Of a DNA stretch of 64,000 nucleotides, positions 52,321 through 64,000 are shown one piece after another. The notes beneath the pieces are model-generated. The model made no database searches. It saw nothing but the letters and a program-made list of their open reading frames with translations, and was not told the origin of the DNA. Source of the DNA: Dicyema japonicum (Eukaryota > Animalia > Dicyemida); assembly GCA_011109175.1 (NCBI GenBank), contig RDEW01000005.1, positions 1 to 64,000 of the forward strand, written 5' to 3'. A program made the position numbers and the translations under genes. Within the stretch, counting starts at the first letter, position 1, and every line of letters starts with the position of its first letter.

Positions 52321-52715
52321 TTTAATTATCTTTAATATTTATAACAAAATAGTAGCTGAAATATTGATTGCCAGAAATTAGAAACAAATAAGAAATCTAC
52401 ATTAATTTAACTCTTGATACCGTCTCCTACGAGAACCATCCGACCTTCCTCACTGAATATTAAATCTTAATGTAAACCTGGTTCGATTACAGCGTGGACA
52501 TTACTTATCTCTTCCAACATAAATTGAATGATTTGGAAGATGTCTTCTGTTTTTTTGGAAACTTGCGAGTTGACAACAAATTACTTTTTAGAATGTCCAG
52601 AACATACAGATGTCCATCCATCACGTTGAAAGTGACCGATCTATGGGAGAGACCACCATTTGCTGTGTTCTACTTAATAGCCGCAGGTATCCTACAAGTC
52701 AGTGAGGCTAGGATT

Positions 52716-52863
52716 ATGTTATGTTATCCAATTAAGTCGTGTCCGACCCTTGGAGATCTTATGAACAAGTTTCCTCCACTCTCCCCGATCCGTCGCAATT
52801 TGGAGTAGCCTTGATATAGGCATTCCGGTTCTTCCACCGTGGATAGCCACCGAGTTGGTCGAG
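52716..52863 (-). mobile_element. RTE/BovB-like 3' tip
   Basis: Inverted copy of about 2035-2180. Confidence 0.8.
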
Positions 52864-53293
52864 GCTAGGATTACTTAACTAAATAACTTAGAATTCACCA
52901 AGGAAGAAGATGATAGGATATCCAGCTTCCATTGTCGTCTAAGTGCACAAGTCCATCCATAACCATAGTTGCGGGATCTATACAAAAATGACGCAATTAA
53001 GTGAAGTCCTAATAACTAAGCCACCTTTAAATCTCAATGAATTTTAATCATTTCTTCGATAATGGACAAAATTAACAACACTATGGTGTAGAACCTATCT
53101 TTGTTAGAAAACAATAATTTTTCTTGATGCCTAGGTAATACTTAGAACCTCCTACCTGGAAACTAGCAGTGAACCCATGGACTATTAATATGGGATGACG
53201 TCCTAGCAACTAAGAAAATTGTAAATCTCGGTGAATTTAAATCCTCTCTTCCCGAGAATGGACAAAATTGACGACACTATAGTTTTGAAACAT

Positions 53294-53415
53294 CTGGGGT
53301 TCCCAACCTTTTTAGAGCTCGCACTCCAAGAACATTTCAACTTATATTATTTTTATTTAACCAGAAGTTTGCTAATCTATTAAAAATTTAACAACACCAC
53401 CGGTTGGGAACCCTG
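53294..53415. mobile_element. hAT/Charlie-type MITE
   Basis: TIRs CTGGGGTTCCCAACC and GGTTGGGAACCCTG; no clear TSD. Confidence 0.65.
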
Positions 53416-53584
53416 CTATAAATGGTTTGTTTGTTGGCAATATAGTCGTGATCCTGACGATCTTTCACTATGAATTAAAAATGAAGCTGTGGTGGAGTCA
53501 GTGTTATAATTTTGAGGATTAGTTATACTTCCTTTACTTAAACATCCCAGGTCACACACTTTATAAGCAAGAACAATTATGTAT

Positions 53585-54813
53585 ACAGTCTGCTTTGCAA
53601 CACCAAGCGTTCCAAAACCGAGGTTTTTACTTAAAAGTTATAAATAATTATAACTTTATGATATAAAAATATAAAAAAAAAACTTAACAAATTTTATTGT
53701 GTGGTATTCTCATAAAATGTTCAATTCTACTCCCACACCCATATTTCATTTCATGTATAGCTATAGTTTTAAATAAGTAAAAATCTTTTAGGGAATGCGG
53801 AGTGAATGGATTCTTCCAAATCATTAATTTGTTTGAGGATTCATTTTATTGTTTTATTTTCTCTTGATTCACCATAATATTTCATCATTTCTTCCTCGTG
53901 TAATAACTCCTCAGTAATTTCTGATAACCTTTCATCACTTTGATCATTGAGATTGTTTCTTTGTTATAAATACTGTTCCAACATGTTATAACAGATTCAT
54001 GATGTATATTTTGTCTCAGATATTAAAATCAGTGTCGATTTTCTAATTCCATTATGGCTGAAGAATTGGAGTTGAATTCTTTGACAGGAAAAGTAATTCA
54101 AAGCATTAATTTGTTTTTCATGAAACGTAGTATTGTCGATGAATATAAGCATTTTTTGAGTTTTCGTTTTTTCATTAATTCGACATACCCATGAATTAAA
54201 AATATCCTTTGTCCAACATAGATTCAGCTCAAAAGCACAGAAATTTTTTCTCTGTTTTGTTTATAGCCAAGAATTATTGTTTCCTTTGAGAAATGATTTT
54301 TTCAGAGTTTTCTTAAGAAAAGACCAATTTAATCACAGTTAAAAATATTAGCCTTCCAATATTTGTCACTTTTTTCATTAGAGTGACAAAGCCATCAATT
54401 CCATTGATTGAAATGAATTTTTATCACCTGTAAGACATTTGAATTTCAGCTCATATCTTCATTTATAGTTTTCTAACCACCCATTTTTATGGCTTAAGGT
54501 CTTAAAACGTAGTCTACGTGCAGTGTTTAAACCTAAGGGTCAATATGAAGATTACCAATTTTTCAATGAGTGGGGAACTAACTGGGACATTTTGCAGTCT
54601 CAGTGCTGAAATACATTGAGAACTTCTGAATCCAACGATTCAAAAATATCTTCATAATTCTTACGAGTTTCAGTCTTTGAATATATGTTCCCACCAGTCA
54701 CAAGAGGCATAATATCCTTTTTTATTCGTTCCGAACTTCTGTGCTAAGAATCTGTGAGAATAAATTTTTTTGATAAGAGCTATTTCAAAATTTTCTTGGT
54801 ATTTTAGACTCAT
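53585..54813 (-). mobile_element. Highly decayed pogo/Tigger transposase
   Basis: Minus-strand GWLENYK, KMLIFIDNT, FPVKEFNSNSSAIM (frameshifted FP.N.T..LQP.D); boundaries approximate. Confidence 0.65.
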
Positions 54814-54914
54814 TTTAAAAAACGCCACAAGGATATTAAGTCAACGAGAAATTTTCTTTTAAAATAAAAAATAAAATAGACTATTAAATAAGTTATTATT
54901 AATTAATTTTGATC

Positions 54915-56130
54915 CACAACGAGGTTTTTAGTTTTATTCATTTTTATGCCAATCCTACCAAGTATTCAAAAATCTTGGTATATTGAGTCTGTGGAGCGTA
55001 GTTTTTGATAACGCGAATCTCCACGCAACAGAGGCATACTCCACAGTCGGATAGTTTGCCGGTAGAATTTTGCAACAGAAGTATCCAAATTATGGGGTCC
55101 TCTGGACAAGCGCGTGTACAACGTTCAACTTCTACGGGTCTTTAGTGAGGACTGTCTTCGCATGGGAATTGAAATTCAACAGCCTGTAGAACATTAATCC
55201 AAGAATTGAGGGAGACCCTGACACTGGAATATGGACAGGACCAATGAAAATTCTTGAAAACGGTTTGAGGTGAAAAGCGTGCATATTGATTTTTGGCAGA
55301 AATCTTTAGTCGGTTGGCAGTCAACCAATCGTAGACTGCGTTCACTCTCACCAGGGAATTAGCGGTTGCAACTCCTTCGATCGATTTCGCGTTGCAATTA
55401 TTAAGTCGTCTGCGCAGGATAATGACAAAAAATTGTCGTTCCCGTAATTTGGTAGGTCGTGGAGGAAAAAATTGAAAAAGGTCGGAGAAAGCGGAGAACC
55501 TTGGGGTACTCCTTTAGGCAGTAATCGTGATCTTTGATAACCGTCAAACGACTTCCATGTCGTCAAGAGATAAAATTGGCCACCCAAAGCTCTAAGTTTG
55601 GACTAACTTTAGAATCAAAAATCTTCACAATAAGAAGATTTCTCAAGACTTTGTCGAAAGTTTTGTTTATGTCGATGGAGACCTCAATTCACTATACCGA
55701 AAAACTATTTATAAAATGGGCCCTCATTCTGAATGGTTAATCCAATACTCACGAAAGCTACGGCCTGTAGTTGCGGAACCAGATTCTTTCGGATCTGTAA
55801 GGAAAATGGAAACCCACTTTGCCTGTCCTTCTCCAAGGTAAAAGAAGGTCGATTGATCAGGAAGTTTCCCTCCCCAATTGGATTCCTCTGCAGGGATGAG
55901 AGATGGATCTTTCGCACGGTAGTGTGAATAATGGGTGATCACAGACATTGGATGGCTCGTTTGATTGCGGAACTGGGATTACCTAACTGCCTGACATTTT
56001 TTCTGTCTTTCTTTCTCGGTGATCCAGGGGTTAAATAGATAAATTCAAAAATTTGAAGGTGTTCCAAAAACCTAGATGAGGTTTTCTCTGAATCGAGGTC
56101 GGACTGTAATTCTATAAATGAATTTTTATT
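54915..56130 (-). mobile_element. Decayed jockey/I-like LINE RT
   Basis: NYRP, FIDINKTFDKV, GVPQGSPLSP, CADD. Confidence 0.8.
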
Positions 56131-57088
56131 CATAATAAAAATGTATATACTAACAAAATGACAAAAACGGTGACCTCAAAATAATAGAGAGTCTATCGTG
56201 TATTCTCAAACATAAATTTTATAAATATCCTGTGAACACAGTTAAAAACTCAGTAGACATACAAATGGGTCCATATCAGCATCTCTCACATCACAGATGC
56301 TTACAATTTTAGGAAACGACAATTAAAAATTCTGTGTTATTCCATTTTAATTAAATATTTGTCAGAAATTGAAGTAATTAGGTTGCATAAAATATCTTCA
56401 TCACCTGTCTCCTTTCTGAAGAGACAAAGTTAAGAAATGGACAGAGTTTCTTACGTTTCTGCAAGGAGCTAAATAATCCATTCAGAAAGAGTGGCTCATG
56501 CTGAGGAATTCCGATCGACCATAAAGAAATGCATCTCGATAGAATTCCTCTGCAGATGGGAGATATTGGAGGCTGGGGTTTAACAGACTGGAAGGGTTCA
56601 TGAGTGGTCTCATACAAAGATTGTTGAGAAGAAAATCATGAGTTTTGGAATGAAAAATAAAATCATTGATTAATATCTGTACGAAAAAGATACTGGGGGA
56701 GAGTCCATTAGATTTTCAATTAGTTATCTTGACCTCACCGACATGTAGGAGGTTTGGTGCCATCAAGTGTACAGCCAAGAGTGTTGAGTGATCCCACAAG
56801 TCCCTTGGTGCCCCTGGTCCAAAAAGGATTTGATTGATAATGTCACCAAACTGGTCAGACGAGGGGAGTCAAAACAAATTCACTTCAGAGGCAGGAATTT
56901 CCAGGGCAAATTAATTGTCTACATTATTCTTAAAAAAATTGTCAGCTTAAAAGGGTCAGTCAAAGGTCAGTCAGTTTATTCCATTAAAAACAAATTTCCA
57001 GTAAATTAAATATAACTTTATATTATAAACTTTTTATGAAATAAATAAATTATTTTCAAAGCAAAATAAATTAACACTGAATTTGTCT

Positions 57089-58271
57089 ATGGATCGCATA
57101 TCAAGTGACATCAAACTTGACTTTAGCGACATTCTGATTGTTCCAAAGAGTAGCAAGGTTAAGAGCCGATCAGCCGTATATTCCTTTATTATAGTCACAG
57201 GTAATCCTCGATGTCGAATATTCTTTCAAATACTCATCCATGCCCTTCACTGGAGTCCCTATTTTTGCCAGTAACATGGATACCATTGGGACCTTCAAAA
57301 TGGCGGTTGCTCTCCAAAAGGTGTTGTGGTCTATTTATTTTCCAGTTTAAAATTCACACAGTAATATCAAAGCATTATGTGGTCGACGATTGGGTAAACT
57401 TTTCAAAGACCAACTCAGACTGCCTGAAGGTATTTATTTTTTTTCAAAACCAGTACGTTTCTGTGAGCACGGGGATACATGAAGATGATTTTGAACAAAC
57501 AAAGGAAATCCTCAGTAGTTTGCCAGATGTGAAATCAATTTGCATTGACGTTGCTAATGGATATATGGAAGATATGCTCACATTTACTAACAAAATGAGA
57601 TCTTTATACCCCGACTATATAATTATGGTGGGGAATGTGGTGACCCCAGAGGGGTTGTTAATTTGCTTAACGCTGGTGCTGACATAGTTAAGGTCGGAAT
57701 TGGATCTGGTTCTGTATGCACTACAAGAATTATGACTGGGGCGGGGTATCCTCAGTTTAGCGCGGTCCTTGAGTGTGCCATTGCCGCAAAAAATAATAAG
57801 GGTCATATAATTTCGGTTTTATTGTATAATCAACTTTAGGATGGGGGCTGCGTTAGTTCCGGAGATATTTCCAAGGCCTTCTCCGCCGGAGCGAGCTTTG
57901 TGATGATCGGAGGAATGTTGGCTGGTTATGATGAGTGCGACTGCCCCTTGGAAACATCGGGGGATGGATCTAAGACACTTCTGCACTATGGAATGAGTTC
58001 TAAAACGGCCATGCAGAAGCATCCAAGTGGGAATCTGTCAAAATACAGGTATTTTGAATTTGACAACTTTAGGGCCTCGGAAGGACGGACTGTGAGAATA
58101 AAATACAGAGGTTCTGTCGTTCCTGCCATCAATGACATCCTCCATGGAATCAAATCAACATGTTCTTATGTGGGAGCTGAGAAATTGAGTGATCTCTTTA
58201 AAGAGACCAGATTTATTCGGGTGTCCAAACAGTATAACGATGTGTATGCTCCGTTTACTATTGGTAACTAA
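57089..58271 (+). CDS. GMPR: GMP reductase (GuaC type 1), 6 exons
   Basis: Spliced: [91 protein letters not shown]; introns 24-25 nt (first 57176-57200); one G missing at 57651-57654. Confidence 0.95.
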
Positions 58272-58529
58272 CCTAACTGATTTCATTCTGAGTTTAAATT
58301 TTGTTATAACACCCTTAAAGTAGTTAATCGACCACGTGTTATCATGCAGCAAATTTAAAGTGATTGTGGGATTTTAGAGTCATTTTAAGTAGTTATAGTA
58401 GAAGGATGATAGCATATCACTCATATTCCCTCAATGTTTGCATACTTGCTCTGTCTATCTAATACAAATTAGAAGGATGATAGCTTATCACTCTGTATAT
58501 TTCCCCAAGATCCCATGTGACTGGTAAAA

Positions 58530-59172
58530 CTTTGGGAGATGAATTTTTCAAACAAGGGCCTTGAAAAAATAGCCTTTGCAATCAACTTATCAGTTAAGGA
58601 CCTTGAAAGGAGGTAGTATTTACCATCCTTAATGAACTTTCCCAGACAAGGACCTCGAAAGGAGGTTAGCCTTAGCTATCCCTAATGAGCTTTTCATCCA
58701 AGGACCTGGAAAGTAAGTTGGCCTTAGCTATCCCTAATGGACTTTTTAATCAAGGACCTGGAAAGGAGGTCAGCCTTAGCCATCCCTAATGGACTTTTCA
58801 ATCAAGGACCTCGAAAGGAGGCTGACAATGGACTTTTCAATCAAGGACCTTCAATCAAGGACCTTTTAATCAAGGACCTGGAAAGGAGGTCAGCCTTAGC
58901 CATCCCTAATGGACTTTTCAATCAAGGACCTCGAAAGGAGGCTGACAATGGACTTTTCAATCAAGGACCTTCAATCAAGGACCTTTTAATCAAGGACCTG
59001 GAAAGGAGGTCAGCCTTAGCCATCCCTAATGGACTTTTCAATCAAGGACCTCGAAAGGAGGCTGACAATGGACTTTTCAATCAAGGACCTTCAATCAAGG
59101 ACCTTTTAATCAAGGACCTGGAAAGGAGGTCAGCCTTAGCCATCCCTAATGGACTTTTCAATCAAGGACCTC
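58530..59172. repeat. Tandem repeat: degenerate 52-bp monomers followed by a perfect 120-bp unit repeated about 3.5 times
   Basis: Lines starting 58801/58921/59041 are identical, as are 58861/58981/59101; core AATCAAGGACCT. Confidence 0.95.
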
Positions 59173-59459
59173 TAATAAATATTATAATATTCATAACTTT
59201 TCAGTGTATAAGTGCTAATATGAAGCAACAAATTATCATATAGTACATGAGCACCGGAAAATACGAAATTTAGGTCTTCGTATTTACTAGAAATTAATAT
59301 TTTTAAAACTTTATATATCAATCGTGAATTATTTCCAGAAGTAATCTTAGTATAGTCAATGCGTCAGTATTTTAGAAATATGCAACTACAAAATCTTTCC
59401 TTCCAAATCTGAAATATTTTATTTTATAAATCCAGATATAGCGAGAAAGGTGTTAACAG

Positions 59460-59720
59460 TACTGTGTTTAGTCTCCACGACCGCAGTAGATGAGACAAGT
59501 CAATCTAGAATCACAATTGCGGGAACCACTCCAAGAAATGATCCATTTAAGAGGGGTGTGATGCCGTCCTGAAACAGAGAACCTTCTGAACAGGAGATTC
59601 ACATGACATTAATTGAACTAAGAAAGGGACAGAGCATAGGAAAAGATAATTCTACCAAGTGGTTGAACTCGAACCCAGGACAACTGCTACAGGTTTGAAA
59701 CCATAACTGCTAGGCTACTT
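59460..59720 (-). mobile_element. Probable tRNA-derived SINE (single copy in window)
   Basis: Minus-strand TAGCCTAGCAGT (A-box-like) ... GGTTCGAGTTC (B box); no convincing cloverleaf; 3' extent uncertain. Confidence 0.5.
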
Positions 59721-61279
59721 TGTTTAAGCCCATGTCGATTAGATCTAAAAATTTTATTTTGCACGTGTTCGACTTTCTTTGTTGTATTCGACCCAATGCA
59801 AATTTTATTATAATATCAATCGATATTTTATGAGTTGGATAAGTGATGCGTTTTATTTTTTTGGGTGAATGAATTTGTTAATTTATTGAAAAAGAGAAAA
59901 AAATAGTCTTTTAGTCAAGAGGTCGGGATTGCGAAGGCTTTCTCTCTGATCATCGCCATTTCGAGCCTCTATCTCAACTAGAATCCTTCCTATTATTTAT
60001 CGAATAGTCCTTTAATAATAGTTTTAATAAGGTTTGTATTTCTTCGAAGCAACCCTTCGTCCTATACTGCAGAGAAATGTGTCCTTCTCTCCCACGACCT
60101 CGGAAGTATCCATAGCAATAGGAGTGAAATTCCAGTTATCTCTGAGTGACCATACAGTCTGTTTAATAAAGTAGTGATAACAAAGAAAACTATCATAGAA
60201 TCCTAAAATTGATACATTAACTCTAAAAGTCACACAGTCAACATGCCCAATTAAGATTGAAATGCTCACGTGGTTCTTTTGGACAAATGCTGTATTCAAA
60301 TTTGTTTATCCTCATTACTCAAGTACTATTATCTGGACTTATCGATCAGCTTGTTGGATGACGTTGAATTTGTACTGACATTTTCAGTTTCTTTATCGTT
60401 TACCCCTCGTCCTCGAACTTTTGAAATTACTTGACTCAGTGACGAGGTGCAGGAAGGTCGATCCGAGTTCGACTCAAAGCATAACATCGTGAGAGTAGGA
60501 CTAGTCGAGGAACATGTGGAAAAATCCTCATAGTAAAGACCAAAAGACTGTCATTATTGACCTTCAAAGTGTGAACTGAGTTTTGCCACTTTTTTATTGT
60601 GTGATCTCCTCTATTACTAGAAAATGATCACCGACAAAGATTTGTTCTGATATAAACGAGCACAGAGACTATTGAGGAAAGGGCTCTCCCTTTGTTCTCT
60701 CAAATTTATATATCAATCTGATTTTGGTAGAAAACTGTCAGCTGATTATTAATTGAAGTATGACAGCTCCTGTCAGATGAAGTGTATTCCAAGACAGTTC
60801 AACTAAACTTTGAATAGAAGCCATTGAATCCCTTAAAATGGATTTATCCATACAAATTAGATTTTCACGGTAAATGAGTTTTGGTTCACAGATAAATTGT
60901 GTAAAAATAAAAAACTCAAATAAGGAGAGACTCCAATGAAGAATCTCTGAGATCCTAAGAGTTCTTTCCGCGGTGTGACCCAGAAAGACAATAATATCAA
61001 TAATATTACTAATAAGCGTGCTATAGTTGGAACAATACTCTAATTAATAGAATTGTGGTCAATCAGCTAATGCTCACTTATTTGTGAAAAAAATGATTTT
61101 TTGTTCAAACTAATTATAAATGAAGAATATAGAACACTAGCACGTGTGTTGTGTGATATTTGATTTTGTAAAGCCATAATCTCCTACACAATACGGTCAT
61201 ACGTTGCTATGTAGATATTCCAATCGATCCTAACAAGTACATATAAAATAGTTTCGATGGTATAATGGTTTAGTTGTGG

Positions 61280-62488
61280 ATGACAGAGGAATCGGGGAAA
61301 TCCAAAAAGACCTCAGAAAATGTGAATTCTATAAATTGTCACTATTTCTCTGACACGAGTGCATGTGAATACTTGTACCAGTTGTTCAAAGACTTCCAAA
61401 ATCTCAGTTACTTTCCAAATACTTTTCATCATGTGGATAGGATACTAAGAGATGGTTAACTATCCAGTTTATGTTAGAAATCACTAAAGTAAGGAATACC
61501 CTTTCGAAATCTAACACCACGAACAAGGAGGAGATTCAACTTCCTGAGTCTCAGGGACCGATCATATCCTTGTCGGAAAAACTATATGTACCAATCAGAG
61601 AATATCCTGATGTATGAATATACAACCATTTCTAGTTTAATTTCGTAGGAAGAATTCTTGGTCCACGTGGGTTGACTGCAAAACAACTCGAAAGGGAAAC
61701 AGGATGCAAAATAATGATCAGGGGAAGAGGTTCCATGAGAGACAAGGAAAAGGTTAGGAGAGTTTTATCGACACATGTGTTTTCATAAGTTATCAAGTGT
61801 CAAAATTACTCTTTCATTTGACAGAGAATGTCACTTTGTAGGAAGAACAAAACCGTGGAAAACCCAATTGGGAACATCTAAGCGAAGATATTCACGTGTT
61901 GATCACAGTCGAGGACACAGCACAAAGGGCACATATCAAAATGGAGAGAGCTGTAGCAGAAATCAAAAAATTGCTTCGACCTAAGGTAAATTATGACGTG
62001 GTTTACACCATGGTAACATGGATTAGGAAGTGATTATGATTAATTACCCCCTTAATAGAGTTGATATTGTAGGTTGAGGGAGATGATGAACTCAAGAAGA
62101 TACAACTAATGGAACTCGCAATCTGAATGGGACCTATCGGAATGACTCCAAGAATTATGGTTTTTATTTTAGAAATTATTAAATTTGTGATTTTGTAATT
62201 AAAGGTCGGTCAAATTCATATGAGACATCGAGTTCTCTTCTCTTTTCTCCTATGCGAGGATCTGTCCCTTCAATGGGTCCCATGTACCTTGGAACTGGAG
62301 CCGCTTCATATGCTAGTGTATCCGATCCACTTACGACTCCACAAGTTGTACAACAGCCAGTTTTTCTGAGTTATTTGCCTCCCAACGGATTTATCTCAGA
62401 TATGGGAAATGTGTTCTATGTTGATCCTTCTTTTGTTGGGAGTCCCCTATATGAGGAATCATATGGGTTCAATGAAAAGTCTAATTAG
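61280..62488 (+). CDS. QKI: Quaking/HOW STAR-family KH RNA-binding protein
   Basis: QUA1 [21 protein letters not shown]; [58 protein letters not shown]; QUA2 [16 protein letters not shown](L)NGTYR; start codon tentative. Confidence 0.92.
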
Positions 62489-62560
62489 GCATCAGATTTA
62501 ATTATTTAAACAATTTTCATTGATTTTGTGCACAATAATTAATTAAAATAGTCAAGGTTC

Positions 62561-62694
62561 ATTCAGGGAGCCGTCCTGTATGTTCATGCGAGGGTACGAA
62601 GGAAGAACACCGGGCAAAGATGAGGTATCTGTTAGAATGCATCAGGATCACGTGATAATTAGTTTAGTTTTACCGTGGTCTTGGGTTAAAAAAA
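62561..62694 (+). repeat. Short repeat family E
   Basis: Aligns with 27295-27437. Confidence 0.7.
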
Positions 62695-63249
62695 GGTCGT
62701 ACATAAATATTCCGTGGAACAACCCAAGGGAGAATGTATGTTTGTACCAACCAAATCCATCCTCCAATAGTCCATTACAAGCTTCCCTTCAGAAGTAAAG
62801 AAATAGGTCCACCCTCTTCCATTTTCATCACGAGTCCAACCCCTGAGGACATAATGAAGGCAGATGACTAAAATTCAAAGTTTCAAGACGACTATCTTCA
62901 TTAAATGGATCGACAAAATACGTAGTGACTGAAAGTGAAATAAAAAGTAGGATTTCATTCCCCGAAACCTTCAACGCCTCCTTGCTTAGAGGACTTCTTA
63001 GAACGTATGTTCTTTTTAAAATTCTTAAACTTTGAAAGACCTCATCTTGTAGAGCGAAATCCAATAACGGAAGACTGTAACTTTGACGAGTTCTAGCAAC
63101 CAAATACTATATTACAGCTCAGCAGAAGGAGGGGAACTTAATAACTTCATTTACAGGTTTATTGTAAGGTAAATAAAATTGGGGTAATGTGAATCCAGCA
63201 TATCTCCAACCAATTATGAGTTTTCTTAAATTTTCGACTTGTAAACCGA

Positions 63250-63645
63250 ATTATTATTATTAGCACTTTCACGAGAGCCATAATATTTATAGCCCCGCAT
63301 GTGCAGCAAAAAATATAAGAGAAAGAGTTAGCTTGCTACAGGCTTTTCTGTTCTTAACCAGATTCCTCAGTGTGTCCAGGTCGTCACCAAATGCCAATGT
63401 TTTCTTTACGGTTTTCAGATCGTTTTGTAAAACGACCGAGAGGGTTGTTCTCGGTCTTCCACGAAAGCGTTTTACATGGAAGGAGTAGTAATCTTCCATG
63501 GATATATCGGCGAGAGGGGGATGTTGGGTCCAACCTCAGGACGTGTCCAAAAAGTCTCAACGAGAGCTAATGATCTCGAGACTTATTGGTGTACAGTCAC
63601 ACTTATTGTACAGTCTTTTCCACGAGATCTTGGATGGCCAGGACA
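63250..63645 (-). mobile_element. RTE LINE 3' fragment, same family as 150-1160
   Basis: FRGRPRTTLSVVLQNDL; shared terminal FAAHAGL and 3' stem-loop; (TAA)n tail. Confidence 0.85.
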
Positions 63646-64000
63646 TTCCAGTTATTTATTAATAATCGAATTATATATTTAATGTCACCGTCCATTTGCC
63701 GGACCGTACTTCACATTTTTATAATAAAACATATTATTTTACATGATAATGAGATAATGCTATCAATTCTCAAGATTAAAAATAAAAACTTAATTGTTGG
63801 AAAAAAACTATTCATTTTTATGCTTATTATTCACATAATGATGTGTCTGGTTGAAAATGTCGTAGAATCTAAAATTAGGGTTTAGAGAAGGGTTTATGAA
63901 TAAAATCTGTAGGGTTATTTTTAAGGTTAGGGCAGAGGTTTCAGAAAAATTATTATCGTGCCACACTAAGCGTAGTTGGTTATCCTTTAAAACCAAATAA

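Noticed and set aside
57089-58271. Horizontally acquired bacterial guaC
   Set aside because: GuaC type 1 GMP reductase is native to animals and this copy has five typical introns
58737-59243. 168-aa repetitive ORF, or a CRISPR-like array
   Set aside because: The open frame follows from a 120-bp (3n) tandem unit; there are no unique spacers, no cas genes, and the context is eukaryotic

Overview
AT-rich eukaryotic, almost certainly animal, genomic DNA. Compact host genes with very short GT-AG introns (mostly 21-28 nt) are scattered among dense, decayed transposable elements. Host genes recognised by manual splicing: CCDC63/CCDC114-type outer dynein arm docking protein, two inverted near-identical inositol polyphosphate kinase copies, TFIP11, a Rac/Cdc42-like Rho GTPase, MED16, an orphan type I membrane protein, GMP reductase and a Quaking/STAR KH protein. 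Tiny introns, a motile-cilium gene and metazoan-type genes suggest a dicyemid-like animal (inference only). Several genes have frameshifts, mostly at homopolymer runs, probably long-read consensus errors. Mobile DNA includes RTE, jockey/I-like, R4-like and CRE-like non-LTR retrotransposons, pogo/Tigger, hAT and Ginger-like DNA transposons, and several SINE families. Most notable: (1) two related SINE families carry a conserved nested pseudoknot with HDV-ribozyme strand order but non-canonical core residues; (2) CRE-like fragments with target-site duplications are repeatedly nested in DNA transposons; (3) the inverted kinase duplication shows an identity step exactly at a pogo insertion; (4) a tRNA-SINE and an RTE LINE share a 3' stem-loop; (5) a 31-bp piece of TFIP11 is joined to a minimal retro-insertion. 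Exon boundaries, alignments and folds were all done by eye.
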